64,000 nucleotides of DNA from Vicugna vicugna (GCA_013265495.1 MU058669.1:1249880-1313879); one strand, 5' to 3'. Numbered from the stretch's first letter, positions 21,879 to 36,400 are shown. Notes: generated from the sequence alone by a model not told the origin. Made by a program: numbers and translations.

Positions 21879-24800
21879 TGGGTCTCTATTACAAATAAAT
21901 GACTGTTCCTAGGAGACCCCTAGTCTACTCTGATAAACTCTTCTCAATGCAGCTTTCTTAAGAAGCCTGGGCACCAGGCCATCACTCTTAGCTGTGGTCT
22001 TATATTTCTCATCTGTTGAGTTTAATTGTGGGCATGATGTTCCTTTACTAAGAAAGCTGGGACACCTCTGTTTTCCCTTCCCTGGCAATGTGGGGAGCCC
22101 ATATAAAGATTCTTGTGCATGAAAACTACTTAGAAAAAAGATATTCATTGATACAAAGTTTTTAAATGGTGGGAATTAGCAGATTTTTGAGTGAAGAGAG
22201 CTCTCTCAATGCCATCCAGTCTAAACTCACCATTAAGGATGAAATCCTCCTTGGAACAGGTGGCAGACAGAGGCCTCCTTGGACCACCGAGCACACAAGC
22301 TACATGGCAGCCAATTCCAGCAGAGAGCAACTGGGAAAGCAAAATGAAAACCAGACTTTTTCAGAGAATTATGACCTGGATGTAGCCTTCGTTAGTGCGA
22401 CCAAAGCATGATTTTCTTCCCCCGGGAGTATATTGCTACCAAGCTACATCTTTCATATTTCTTCCACTTAGCAGTAGGGAAATCGTGAAGCATGCAAAGT
22501 TTATCAAGGCTCTCACCGCTTCATCTTTTGATTTTGCCTCCATCGTGGGGAACCAAGAGATCAGACAGTGAGGACTCACATGTCTTTCCTTATATGTTAT
22601 ATAGATACCAGTCTCCCTCCACACTTTTGTCTGGGAGATTTTAACCATCATTAAGTAAAGCAATTCCGCCAGACCTCTTGCTTGGAACTTGTCCTTGTGA
22701 AAATCAACTTAATAGCAGATAAAGTCTACAATTTGAGCATCTGTTCCTATGCCTAGACTTGAGATTCTTTCTTACAACCACGGTTGATTTTTTCCTGTCC
22801 ATGGTATCTTTGTGTGTTTGGAGTACTGCTTGGGAGTAAGTCCCTTGATCTCTCAGTCAGTCTTTTAGTTTCTCTTAAAGAGGCCTGGTTTTTCTCCCTG
22901 GGGTGCTCTCCAGAACCCCACTGCATCAATATTTTTAAGTGATACCCTCCTAAACACACCCTTCAAAAATAACAAATATCTTTCCAGTTTTTTTTATATG
23001 ATGTGGTATCATGTAAAGAAATATATTGAAAAGTACTTATGAAGCTATGAATATACATTATATATATTAACATGCAAGACATATGGCATATGATTTTAAA
23101 ATCAATAATTATGTCAGCTGGCACTTCCTATATCTTCCTTTGATAGACTTAGGTCAAGTTAGCTTCAGGGGACTGACTCCTTACACTTGTTCTGTAAAAC
23201 CTTGGTAATCATCTCCAAGTTTTTGGGGAATTACTGAGGCTATGTATCTATCTATTTATCTATCTTTGTACCAAGTGTAAGAAACACAAAGCTTTGATGC
23301 ACACTTTGATAACTTCCCAATTAGGTTGAGCATTTCTACATGCTATTCTTCTGCATCATGATGTTAATGGCCGCACGATATTCTCATACACGAATCTGCT
23401 GTAATTTATGTAACTCATCCAAATCTCTTCTGACGATTTAGTTTATTTCCCATTTTATTAATATTCTTTGCAATCTTCCTCACTCACGTTTCTCATGATT
23501 TCCTTGGAATAAATTTCTAGTGGCAGCATGGCGGGGTCAGAGATTATGCTTATTTACGGCTTCTAATGGTACCATTGATAGAAAGGGGCGCTCAGCTGAA
23601 TTCTCAGTAGCAGAGTGTGGGAGTTTTTGATGCTGTGCATCATAGGTGTTAGCATTCTTTTTCCTCTCAGGTAAAGTTATACCCTTGTCCTGGCTGAGCC
23701 TTCGGCACGAAATGGGGATTCTAGAGAAGGCCAATAACCAAAATGGAAAGAAGAAAGAAAGAACCACACGCATCCCCCATAGTTGTATTTTTCTTAATTA
23801 ACCTTGTAAATGAAATTCTTCATCATGGGTGAAAATACATTTTTTTCTGCCTGACTCAGTTTGGGCTGTGAGAAAGATCATCCTTCAAACCATTGCTGCC
23901 GCTGGCCTCTTCCTGAATATAAGTTGTTGCTTTTATGACATGCATGATACACATGTTCAGTAAGATTTAACAATCATTTGTCAAGTCTGTGCTGGGATCA
24001 AGGCTATGCCTGACACTGGGCAGTGCTGGGGAAAAAGGTGAACATGACGTGGCCACTGCCCATTGTGGACGCCCTTGCAACTTAGTAAAAGATCGTAGCT
24101 ATAGCCCACGGCCCACTGGGTGTGCAGAGCTGTATCAGAGATGCAAAATGCAGTGAGAGCACAGGGAAGTAACAGTCCTAATAAAATTACCATAAAAATA
24201 ACTGTAAGTTTGCTACTCTTAAAGCTAACCTGTTAAAATGCTCCTTGTGTACAGCGTAGTGGATTGAGGGCTTTAGATACGTGATTTCATTCAATCATCA
24301 CCACATCAGTATGAAGCGGCTGCTATTATGTATGTTTGTATATGAGGAATCTGGGAAACAGAGAAGGGAGACACATTGCCTAGGTTGTGTTGCTAGAAAA
24401 TGGTGGAAGCGTTGGGCAGGCCTTTTGGAGAAGGTAGGGTATGGGTTCTGGAGGAAGGGTTAAGGCTCCAGCGTACAGTCTGGAACAAGGGGCATCCCAG
24501 GCAGGGCACACAGCCTGAGCAAAAGCGCTGCGGGGGAACGAGGTAGGCCGTGTATGGGGAAGCAGGATTGGGGAGCTGAAGCCAGGGTGTGGTAGAGGAT
24601 GGAGGAGGTGGGGATTTGGTATGGAAAGCCTAGAATGCCAGATTCAAGGGTATGGATTTTACTGTGTTGGCAGCCAAAGGGATGTGTTTCCGAGCTCTTG
24701 CAGAGGCTGAGTGATCTGATTAGAGCATTAGAAGGTAAGTCTGGTAACATTTTATTGGATGAGGCTGTTACACTAGACGAGAAGGAGTTCTGTACAGAAT

Positions 24801-27364
24801 GATAGATGAACTCATGATATATTTATGTAGCTCAGTTTCATACTACAGATCTCATGGTAGAGATGGGGCCACAGAAACAATGATTAGAGTTCATTGGGAT
24901 TTGCTCCTGAAATTGGACTGTCCCTGGGAACCCCCCAGGACTCTCCTTCTATCTTGCAGAGCAGTCTCATCTCATCAGGTCGTAGCCCAAAATGTACATA
25001 CTCATGTCCAGCTCAGAAGAAAAAGGGTAGTTAAATTTAGGGGAAGCTTTTCACCACCCTCTTTTGTTATCTCTGTATCTTTCTATTTGATTTCTAATAG
25101 ACTTGGTGCTTTTTGAGGATAGGATTGACCTTTGATTTATTTCTTTCTAGGTGCACAATACTTACCACAGTATTTTGTACGTAATCAGTGTTAAGCATCG
25201 AATAAATACACCACAGATGGAACCCTGACTAACATCACGAACTTAGTTGCCTCTGCCTCAGCACGTATCTGGAGCTATGTCCAAGTCTCTGCCCACTCAA
25301 GCCCATGTCCATGAACAGGGGTAACATTTAGCACATGTAGACAGGAAGAACCTATTTACATTTATATGATTGGTGTCTAAAATCATCCGTTGGGACTGAG
25401 CTCATTTTAATTTATTATGGCCTTTACTGCTTGCCAGGAAGCAATGAAATGCTCAAATTTCACTTGCATTTCTTAGCAGGAACCCGGCCTCCATCAATAT
25501 TTGGGGGGATGACGGTTTTGGGGATGGCTCAGGATCTGATTCAAGCTGATACATTATGATCATAATAGAACTATCATGAGGATTCTGGTGAACCAATTTG
25601 CTAACAGCTGTTCTCTGTAGTTAGAATTGTTTCTGAGCCCCATGGATAATCAGCGAGCACGTTCCTCTGAGGACAGATCTTGGCTGCCAGAAGTCACTTA
25701 TGAAGAGAGCACTGGGTTGGGAGTCTGGAGCTCTGCTTTTTTCTCCAGGGCTCAGCTGCCAGGGAGCTGTTGGAAATTGATAATGGGTCTTCTGGAAAAT
25801 GGAGGCGATAATTCAGCCTTAGGACTTGGAAATCACGGTCAGGCTAAGTTGTTCTGGGCAAGGTCACAAAGCCATTACAGTCCACTGAGAAGCAGGTTGG
25901 GAGAAGCTTGCTGGGGAAATCTGATCAAAGTTTAATCAAACTAACGTTTGAGGGTGAGACGAACCTCGGAAGCCATCGCATGGAAATTTCCCTATTGCTT
26001 TATGAACCATCAGCCTTTGTAAGATTTTTATGAGGTCTTCTCTTTATGTGAAGTCATACTTGGCTTTAGGTCTCTCCCCTATGGCACTGCTGCCATTCCC
26101 TTTTGATCCTCACAGACCTTCATGCTTTCTGTAGAAAGACACTCGGGAGGTAAGGAAGCAGGCCTCCATTTGAGCAAAATGGAAGAAGAAGAGGTTATCC
26201 TGAGTGCATTTTCAGGACTTCCTTCTTTGCTCTCTCATGCCCTAGTGCTTTCCCTAGAACTTCAGACATGGATCTGCAGAAGCTCAGCAAGGCAGGCAGG
26301 CAAGGAGAAGTTGGGCCTGATCTGTGTATTAAAAAGGGCTGGTAATTATTCTCTCTCTTTCTTTCATTCAACAAACTCTGATTGAGGGTGTTAAAAACAA
26401 TGTGCGTCTGTGGAGTCGGGCAGACCAGGTCTGTGTGTCAGCTCTACTGTGAGGCACTTCGGGTGACCCTGCACAGTTGCTTTCTTCGCTTCTCCCAGTC
26501 TTTGTGCCCTTGTGTGTAGGGTGGGAATGATAATCGTGTCTGCTTCATAGGGTTACTGGGAAATTAAATAAATAAGGTATTTAAAGTGCTCTGTGTAAGC
26601 CTATTTTAGTCAAGAGACTCGGTTATCACTAGAGGTTGTATTCTAGCTGATGTTCTGGAGGATGCAGAGTTGGACGAGGGAAAACCTTCATCTACAGAAG
26701 TCCGTACTTAGTCTAATAGCGGACACGTACCATCCAGATTGAGCATCATGGAAATTCAGAGGATGTACACATTTCAGCTGAGAAATGATATCTGGAAATC
26801 ATAGAGCAGGTGACACTGGATCTGAGTAATGAAGGATGGGAAGACTGTGGACAAGGGGAGTGAGTAGGGTGGCAGGACATAAAATATGGTGTACACATGA
26901 GGTAGCTACCACCACGTGCCAGTTAACTTCTACTCATCTTTCCCTGGTGTCCCTCCCAGGGAATTACATGGTGCCCTTTTGGGACTTTGTTTCTCCCTGA
27001 GGAGTCACTGATCCACTGAATATTCTTTCACCTGCTTAAATAAACTGCAAGGCTCTTCCAGCGACATTCTCAGCTCTTTATTACCCCGTCCCAGTGGCCT
27101 TCCCTGGTGTTCTTCCTCCTTCCTTCTTAAGTAGTTTGTCTATGTTCTCTCTTTCTTGGAGGATTAAATTTTAGCCAATTAAAAAGGAGGGTAAAGGAGT
27201 TACTCAGCTGCTTCTATGAATCAGGCACTATCCTGAGCATTTTATATGCCCTAGGCTGTAGGTAGGTAGTATTATCTCATTATAGATTAGGAAATTGAAG
27301 CTGAGAAAAATGAAGTACCTTGTCTATAGGAACCAGAACGAGAAATAAAAAGTGTGGTATTAAG

Positions 27365-27715
27365 AAGAACCTTGAGTTTCAAGGACTTAGAGTAACACAG
27401 GTGTGTTTCTTTGTCCTCCTTGTGCTCCTGTCCATCCCGGGTTGTCTGGAGGCTCCATTCATTTTACATGACTTCAGCCTGGTGCTCAGACCAATAGCGG
27501 GGAGCTCTTGATCATGGTCAGTCGATGAGGCAGAGGGACAGAGAGAGCACGGTAAATTGCATGCTGGCTCTGCAGCATTCCACCCAGAAATGACAAGTGT
27601 CGCTTCCCAGTTTTCAATGGACAGGGCCAGTCATGGGGCCACATTTCCCTTCAAGGGGGAAGGGAAGTTCAACCTCACAATATTGTCCAAAAAGAACTTA
27701 AAATGTTCAGTGAGC
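27365..27715. mobile_element. Ancient MaLR/ERVL LTR relic (MLT1K-like)
   Basis: CCAGAAATGACA...CAGTCATGGGGCCACA...TTCAAGGGGG..GGGAAGT. Confidence 0.5.
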
Positions 27716-29499
27716 AGACTGGTGCCTAGGTCTGTCCAGTCCCTGAACGTGTACTCTTGTTGCCTCGTAACTAGGGATTGGATACTCCCAAGCTGGTAAT
27801 TGACAAGGCTTTCAGTCATTGCCTGTCTCAAGGGTATTTGCCTTTAGGGACCAGATGTTTGATTTCCAATGGTGAAATTTCAGACCCTGCCTGAGGTAGA
27901 GATGAAAGATTTAAGCAAAGCGTGTTCTGGGGCTCTTCAGATTACACAGTGCAGGACTCTGTTTATGGCAGATAATGGATACCACACTTTTAAATGACAA
28001 AGAATTATTCTGTGGCCTATGAGCTCTCATTTTGAAGTCTCTACTAATTCCTGATGAGAATGAGTGAGACTCTGGGGACTGTAAAACAGACAGACAGACA
28101 AGTGACAAAAGCATTAGACATCAGAGCAAGAGCTAGGTCTTGCCCCCTGCTCTGCCACCAGTAACCGATGGGCTGTATGCACTGGACATGTGCATCCCTT
28201 TCTCTGGGCCTCAGTTTTCCCCTCTGAAAGATGGCATTGTTTGAGATGGAGTACTTCTTAATGTGCTTATAATGCCTTGGGGATTTGGTTAATATGCAGA
28301 TTGTGGATCAGTAGATCTGGGGAAAAGGCTGAGGGTATGCATGTCAACAGACTTCCGGCTGTGCTGAAACTGGGCTCCCAGACAGTGCTTTGAGCCAAGA
28401 CCTGGAGGATTTCTAAGGCCAGCTCTTAGAAGTCAACACACATTTATTTGGTTCCCATTATGTGCCGTGCACTCTGCTAGGGGCTGTTGCTACTGAGATA
28501 GAGAAGATAAAGTTTCTACCAGCTAGAAATGGTCATCTTCCAATAGGGAAGTGAGGCAAGTGTATCATTTCAAAATAGTGTGACAAATAACAAAACTGAA
28601 GTTTGTACAGGGAAAAGAGATGCCGTACATAGAACAGGACAGCAGTGATTTACTTGTGGTTGGGGCGTGAGGGTATAGATGTCAGAAAGTTACTGATCAT
28701 GTGGACAGGTGCTGAAAACTGGCAAATGATGTACAGATAAAAGGAGTCTCTTTATCTCAGGACACTCAGGAATTCCTTTGTCCAAGGGAGGCACAGCTGT
28801 GGGTTTTGGCGAGGAATTATTTTGATAAGCAATCTTGACTACTTCTTCTCGCTCCATGATTGCTTTCTCTGTGCCTTCCCCATACCATGGCTGCCTGTTA
28901 GAACCACACTGATGAAAGACTTACTCCCCTGGTGGAAACCATGGTCTGTTTGGATGCTGCAGCCCACAGGCAGCTGCTGGAGGTGCAGCAAAGGCACCTT
29001 CGCCCCCGCTCAGCTCCCAACAGGCCAGAAGCAGTGAGTCAGGAGAGGAAACGCAGGTGGACGGAGAGAGGATGCAATCTATATTGGCATCAGGCCATGG
29101 TTAGGTTTTCTACAGAACACCTGAACACACAGGCAGCCACCCCAGAGGGGACAGGAGTGTTCCCATCCCCCGAATAATGGGGGCCTAAGCAGAAAGTGGC
29201 TTGATTCAAGGATCATGAGAAAGGAGAGAGAGAAGGGGAGGGAGGGGACACCAGGGGTACAGACTTCCTCTGGCTCAACATAGGTTTTAGAATGAAGCAG
29301 TTGATATGATGCCAAAAGCTGATCACACTACAAAGAGTCCTCAGGTGGCAGTCAGAACAGTTGGCTTCTGGTGCCAGCCTAAGGTGTGACCAAGTCAATC
29401 TCTGAGACTCAGTTTTTCCAGCTGTGTAGTGGGAATGTTGGGCACTCTTTCTTGGGCGAACTTGAAGAGCCTATGATTACATTTTCCTGTCCGAGTTTA

Positions 29500-30400
29500 G
29501 TCATCCTGCCCTGCCAGCAACTAACAGAGATCATCCCTTATTTCTTGGTACCTCCACCTGTGCCTTCTGACAGACAAGGAGATTTGTGGCCACATCTGCT
29601 GATCTCAGAATCTGGATATTTGTTCCCACGGATCCAGATAATTTCCTGTCTTTATTCAGTTACCAAGCCTTCATTTTTGTTCAGGGGGAAAACTGGACAT
29701 CAAAAAGCACTGTCCTCCCTGCTGGGACTATTGTAGCAATCTCCTAGCCACCCTGGAGCCACTCCTGTACCCACCACTTCCTTATCCAGGTGCAGCCACA
29801 GGGATCTTCTGTGATGTCAGTAAGGTGGCGTCATTCCCTACTTACAACAGCCTCCTTATGAGTACAAAAAATACGAACTCCCAAGTGGCCTGCAAAATCT
29901 TTTACCTTCTGACCCCTATTGGTCTCTGCAATCCCAGTTCTTATCCTCATCCCATGTTTCCTGTGTCTCAGCCATGCAGACCTGTTTTCTGTGCCTTGAA
30001 AACTCCAAGCTAGTTCCCACCCCAGGGACTTTGATCTTGCTGTCAGTGCTGCCTGAGTTGACCTTTGTGTGTAAGGCTCATTCTCATTCAGTTCTCTGTT
30101 CAGATGATGCCTCGTCAATGAGACCACCCCTGGCTGCCTCGACCAAAGCATTGCCCCTACAACACGTCACCCTCTAGCCCGTTACTTTGGTTTGTTTCCT
30201 TTTCCTTTACACCATTAATCACCACCTGACGTTATCTTACTTACCGTTTGCTTCCTGTGTACTGTCAGCTTCTCATTCCCCATCCCCACTGAACTGCAAG
30301 AATGTGAGACTGGACCCTTTGCCTTATTACTTCGAGAAGTGCGTGTCTTAGAGTAGGTGCTTAGGGAATATGTGTTGGATAAATGGACGGAAAAATGGAA
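29500..30400. mobile_element. LINE-2 relic (others at ~11100, 24450, 26650, 28450, 35300-35780, 36600, 40600 and 59150)
   Basis: CTGGGACTATTGTAGCAATCTCCTA, GCAGCCACAGGGATCTT and CCCCAGGGACTTTG, ending in TAGGTGCTT...TATGTGTTGGATAAATG (L2 3' end). Confidence 0.7.
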
Positions 30401-30984
30401 AAAAGTGAAGGACAAAAGGAAGAAAAGGGTCAAGGAGAGGGAGAGGTCGGGGGAAGTCACATTGCTGGCAAGGTAGAGTCACGAGCGTTCTCCTTTTTAC
30501 GCTCATGTGATGTCACTTAGTCTTCGTGCCCACGCTGTGGGGAGATGGAGAAGTGCTCTGTGTGATTTGAATCCAGTCCTTTGTGTCTTCCAAACTCAGA
30601 GTCATTAACAAATTGTTGGCCAAATGTGAGCTTAAGCAGGTATATTGTGATGCCACCTAAGGAAAGAGCCATTTTCAGCCACAGGAGAAAGGATGGAGTT
30701 TCAAAAGTGGCAGAAATGGCTTCCGGCTCTGCAGCGCCTCCTGTACTCCTGGGATGAGGTCTTAACCTCGCTCCATCAGAGACTGAGCAGGTAGCCTAAG
30801 GCTTCGATCTCTTCTATTTTTAAAGCAGATCCCTCCGAGAAGAGTAAGGCTTGGAGCTCTTCTCTTTTTCTTTCCTATCTCTTTGTGAATAGCATTAGCA
30901 TCAGTAGGTTTATGTATGTGTTGAGAGATGGGAGGTGAGGACAGAGGGACAGACCCTGAAGGATGGTATAAAGAGGAATGGCTG

Positions 30985-31136
30985 CATGTTGCAGCCCTGG
31001 GGAAGATTTTTAAAATATTCATGCCCCTGTTCATTCTAGGTCTCTGATTCAGTTGGTCTGGGGTGAGGCCCAAATGAAGATGCCTTCTGAAAGGTCCCCA
31101 GAAAATTATATGGTATGGCCAGGGTTGAGACAACTA
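30985..31136. mobile_element. MER5-like hAT MITE relic (others at ~28250, 38400, 41540, 41870, 47070 and 50300)
   Basis: TCTGATTCAGTTGGTCTGGGGTGAGGCCCA...GGTTGAGACAACT. Confidence 0.65.
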
Positions 31137-31377
31137 ATCTAAACAGTGGGCTCTGGGAAGACATAGCTTCTTCCAAGCTGTCCCCTCATCATTTGGGAGT
31201 TTTGCACTGGGGTTTTGCAGGCAGTTGACAAGCTGTGAAAGCCAGCCACATAGAAAGTTTGCAGAGAAGATGGCAGAAAAATTTCTCAGATGGGTCCCTT
31301 ACTCCAAGGACCTTACAGAACAAACAATATGGATTGCAGGCATTAATAAAGTGTGAAATAATTGATACCAGTTAAAG

Positions 31378-31589
31378 CAGCATTTCTCCACCTCATCATT
31401 ACTGACTGTGGTGGGCAGCTGTTTGTGGTGGGCGCTGCCCTGCATATCATGGGGTGTTTAACAGCATCCCTGGCCTCCGCCCACTAGACGCCAGCAGTTC
31501 CTGTTCCCAGTTATAACAGCCAACAGTGTTTCCAGACATAGCCATCTGTGCCTTAGGGATTTAAATCACCCCTGCTTGAAAACATCTGT
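31378..31589. mobile_element. MER20 hAT-Charlie element
   Basis: TTTAACAGCATCCCTGGCCTCCGCCCACTAGACGCCAGCAG...CCAGACATAGCCA; about 210 bp with CAG/CTG ends. Confidence 0.85.
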
Positions 31590-33270
31590 GGTTTACAGAG
31601 GTCAAAGCTCCTATGGTGAATTGTCAGTTTAAAGAAATCTTTAAAGATGGATAAGATGTCGTTGAATAAAAAACTGAGGGATAAGTATGCATTAAATTCT
31701 TAAAATGGATGCATGCTGAAATTTGGGAGCTATTTAGTTGGTGTTTTTTTTCTTTTTTCTTTTATTTAAAGAGTACAGGTAAGTAGCTTTTTGCAGATCA
31801 CTTGAAACCAGAGATGGAAATGACAGCAGGGCTGGAGATGGAGAAGTTGTGTCTAATTCCAATAAGACAGTACCAAAGAAGCAACTGATCTTGAAGGTTT
31901 TAGAGGCCCAAGGAGACCTTTAAAGCTTTATTGCCTGAGGGGAGGAGAGGACTGAGGATTCATGTTTCAAGAGCAGAAAATAGGCAGCCCTATTCCCAGG
32001 GTAGGGTTGATTGTGTGCCTGAAATTGTGACAAGAGTCTTAAGATATTTGTGGGCTTCTAGAGCAAAGACCTGCATCTCTCAGTGCAGTGCTCTTCATAC
32101 CACCTCCAATGGGGGATACCTGAAATGGATGCTTGACAGGGTAGGCACTCATCCCTTTGACCTTGGCAGCTGGGACTGGTTTCCAAAATTGGGGATATGG
32201 ATGGCTCAATCTCAGTTCAAATTGCCCTTTCTTCAAAGCTCTGTTGAATCACCAGCAAACACGCAGTACCAAGAAAGTGCACTAGATGAAGATACAAGTG
32301 AGTAGAAGGGTCTTTGCTGTCTACACAGAGTGAGGGACATTCCAGGTTCCAGAAGTAAAGGAACCCTGGGCTCCATGACTTTTGCCACAGGTGCCCTTTA
32401 AAGGGGCATCAACCACATTATGAGACACTTGTTTTCTGAATCTCAGTTACATACTTCCTTGTCAACTGGCTGGAATGGGACCTGAAAGACCCCCAAGTGA
32501 CTGTGCCCAAAGCAGGTGGGAAACTAGCCACTGACTGCCACAGTGGAGGGGTGATGACAGCATTACTGAAGCTCTGAGGGCTCCAGAGGCCTGGCCCCCA
32601 TCCTTCTGGAACACACGAGGCCCGGGAAATTGTATGACTCCAGGGAGTGGAAGAGCAGCAGGGAGGATGGCGAACATTAAAGCCACCGGTGACTCGGGGC
32701 TGGATTCGCTTTGGTCTAAGAGAAACAAGCAGTGTGTTATCTCTTGTAATGAGATATACTTGTATATTATTTGAATAATATATAGAGTAATTTATTCTTG
32801 TTATAATAATGACTCTAGTCTTAGAATTTCATCCTAATGAACTAGACAAAATTGCATGATAATGTTAGCTACCGGAATGGTCATTACACTCCTTTTTAGT
32901 AGAGTGAAAACTTGAAAAAGATGTAGACATTTATCAATAGAATACCAGTTAAATACATTTTAGTTCATTTACATAAAGTGGTGTGCACAAACTGTAAACA
33001 TCGTATTGTGACAATATCTTTAATTAGTAGGAGGAAGTTAATATATATTTTAAGTGGAAAATAGGTTATAAACAGTACACATTTTTGAAAAGCAAAATGG
33101 AACCAGCCTAGGTACATACCTATCAAGAGTCTGGAACGTATATATCAAGGGGTAACAGGAATTTCTAGTTGGTGGAATAATACGTTATTTAACTTTTGTC
33201 TTTTTACATGTGTTCATTCTGATTTCTCTACCATGAATATATGTTACATGTAAAACAAGAAAATACATTT

Positions 33271-33494
33271 TATTTTTATTTTTTAAAATTTTTTATTGAA
33301 GTGTAGTTGATTTACAGTGTTAATTTCAGATGTACAGCAAAGTGATTCAGGCACACAGACACTTACATACATACATTTATTTTCTTTTCAGATTCTTTTC
33401 CATAATGTGTTATTATAAGAAATGAAATATAGTTCCCTGTGCTATACAGTAGGTTCTTGTTGTTTATCTATTTTATATATAGTAATGTGTATCT
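33271..33494 (-). mobile_element. 5'-truncated L1 3' end with a perfect 12-bp TSD
   Basis: TTTTTATTGAAGTGTAGTTGATTTACA...TATAGTTCCCTGTGCTATACAGTAGG. TSD GAAAATACATTT at 33259-33270 and 33495-33506, followed by AAAA. Confidence 0.9.
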
Positions 33495-36400
33495 GAAAAT
33501 ACATTTAAAAAAAAAAAGAGAATACATGTTAGAGGAAAAAGAACAAATCTCACCCAGCAGTACTTGACAGTATTGAAGAAACATGGATTTGAAATGGATT
33601 CCATTCTTCTTGGCAAATGCCCCTTCTCTTAATCTTGTTTCCTCGCAGCCGTGTTGATGGATTGACAATGGGTTCTTTACTTCCTCTAAAACCATATCTT
33701 CTTTCAAATGCTGAAGTGTCCCACTGAGGCCAGTCTGAGCTGAATTAGGGGAATCATTTCATTTGAAGGTTGCCTCTGTTTTTCAAGGAGGAGTAAGAGT
33801 AAGGGGCACAACTCCCCCTGCCCCCAATTCCTATCAGCTTTGTCCTCTCTGTCTTTGAAAGAAGAAACCAGAGCACTTATTTGCATACTGTACGGCTGAG
33901 CTGGATTGCACAGCACCTTATGTTGTTCTATCTACTGGTGAACAAGTCTTCTCCTCAGGCTGCATTAAACCTCAAATCCGGGGTCCCTCTTTTATGTGCG
34001 TTTTATGTTGCTCTTTTTTCTTGTTACCATTATTGTCATTAACATTATTGTTGACTGGCTGAGGGAGAACGCCCTCACCCAGGGAGGTGAAGTCTGAGTT
34101 TTGATAAGATTTGTTCTTGAGGGTATGTGGATCAAACTGCATTCCATACACCCAAGGGGAAATGGAAATACCATTCTTAATAATCACAGTAGTGAAGGTA
34201 ATAACTTGTATGTGAAAACTATATTAGAAATGGAAATACTATTATTAACAATTACAATAGTAAAAGTAGTAACATATATGTGAAGACCGTTTCAGTGTTT
34301 TGTTCTTCTAAATCATTTCCACAAATATTATTTCATCAATCCTCATAAAATACCAGTGAAGTGAGTAGGGTAAATGAGTAGGAACTTGCTCCATTTCTAC
34401 AGATGAAAGAAATAAAATACAAAGAAATTAAGTGGCCATCTAAATGAGTTACAGTGGATTAGTTGCAGAACTGAGACTAGAATGCAGGTTTCTTGATTTC
34501 ATAACTGAAACTGGTTTCATATCAGCACAAAACCAGACTTATGGCTGAACTTTAGTATGTACTTGTTTGTTTTTGGATTTTCAAGTCGTATAAACAATAT
34601 TCCTTTCCTCTAATGCTGGTAAACTATAGATGCTTTGTAATGAAGACCAGGGAACTTAAAGGTAGAACAACTATTGGACTTTATCCTTTTCCATAATTCT
34701 GGACTAACGAAGAATACACAAAAAGGCCATATGTTTGGTGTAATAAAAGCAATGGCATTTTTGACATTAACAGAAGCAACCCAATAATCCACCAAAGGCA
34801 GGGCAGTCTAGAAAAATAGACTGGGAGAATGAACCCTAGACTTGGTGTTTATTAGGACTCACTTCCCCTTCCAAAGCCATCCTTTCCACCAAGCCTTTGG
34901 CGGAACTGGGTCCACAGAGCAGGTCTTGAGGCCAGCTGCACGGGCAGAGTACACCACTCGTTCAATCAGAGGATGGCCAGCTTGCACAGCACAGGGAGAC
35001 CCACTAACCAGGTGTGACTAGGTATGCAGTGGGAGACAGAAACAAGCCAGTTTCCCAACTTTGAAGGGCAGGAACTATTCCCATATACAAAATATTGTCC
35101 AAGGTACAATTTCAGGATGCCAAGATCTGGGAAAATCATGTCTGTCTTCTTCCTTGGGCAGAATAGAAGAGGGTGAATATTTTATTTTTTCCAATCTTCT
35201 TTGTTTTAGGAAAAGACAAAAGTAATACAGAAGTCAATAAATGTTATCTGTTAGTTACTTTCTAAGAGTTAAACCCAACTTAAAATGATCTATGAAACTC
35301 TCTGTTCTCTCTTTGGCTTTATTTCTTATTATTCCTCTGGCCTCCTTCCCCCTCTCTCAACCTCCCAACACTTTGCTCCAGCCACACTGGCCTCCAGGCT
35401 GCTTCCAACCATGCCTGACATACTCCTGCCTCGGGGCCTTTGCACTAGCCATTGCCTTTGCTTAGAGCAATCTTCACCCAGATACCTACATGATACAACC
35501 TCTTGCCTGTTTCTGGTCTTTATGCCAATATCATCCCCTCATTGAGAACTTCCATATCTACTATCTGTTGTACTCCACCTAACACTTCCTACTATATATG
35601 ACTCTCTAGCACTCATCATCACCTAATATACTATATACTCTACTTGGATCTGTTTTGATCATTGCCTGCTCTCCTCACTAACATATACTTTACAAGAGCC
35701 CACAGAGACTATGTCTGTCATGGTGTGGCAGGCACAGCATATTCAATATATATTGTTGGAATGAATGAATGAATAAATAACCTTATTGTCATAATACATG
35801 GGCAGAAGGAGGCCCAGAGAAATGAAGTGACCTCCTTAAGGTGACCGGAGAAGTTTCCTGGCAGAGAGAATTTATCGCCATTGGAACCCAGGTCTCCCGA
35901 CTCCTGCTTTGGTTCACATCCCACCGCCACATCATGATACATTTCCAAACAGGGGGTCCTGATGTTATTAAACGGCTGTGCATTTAAAGACTACAGAGCG
36001 GCCTTTTACTTTCGCAAATTATCATAGAGATAAAGGAAGAGGAGAAATTCAGTTCCCAAGAAAGTGTAGGCAACCCTTGCTTATCGGACTTTTAGGACTT
36101 GGGTTTTCCATTCTGCTTCTCCCCATGAATCCCTTCTGAATCACCAGGATGTGTAATTTTTCATGATAATGAAAGCACAGTCAGTTTCTCATCTGTTGGA
36201 GAACCTCAGTAGCTGTTTCAGAAACAAAGTACAAACTCACACTCTGGGGCAGGGACTCCCCACCCTTACAGGCACTCCTTTCTCTCTAAAGCCCTCTGTA
36301 ACACTGAGGAAGCATCAAATTACAGGAGCCTAACCCTTTAGAACTCCAAGTCCCCAGGGAGGTTGCAGGCTGTGCACGGTGGTGGTGAGGTACCCTTTAG

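Noticed and set aside
28899..29040. Possible plus-strand exon (TTAG acceptor at ~28900, GTGAGT donor at ~29034)
   Set aside because: The polypyrimidine tract next to the AG is weak, no frame gives a recognisable peptide, and no partner exons were found.
31931..32305. 124-aa ORF
   Set aside because: TTG start, overlaps MIR-like sequence, and has no recognisable protein similarity.
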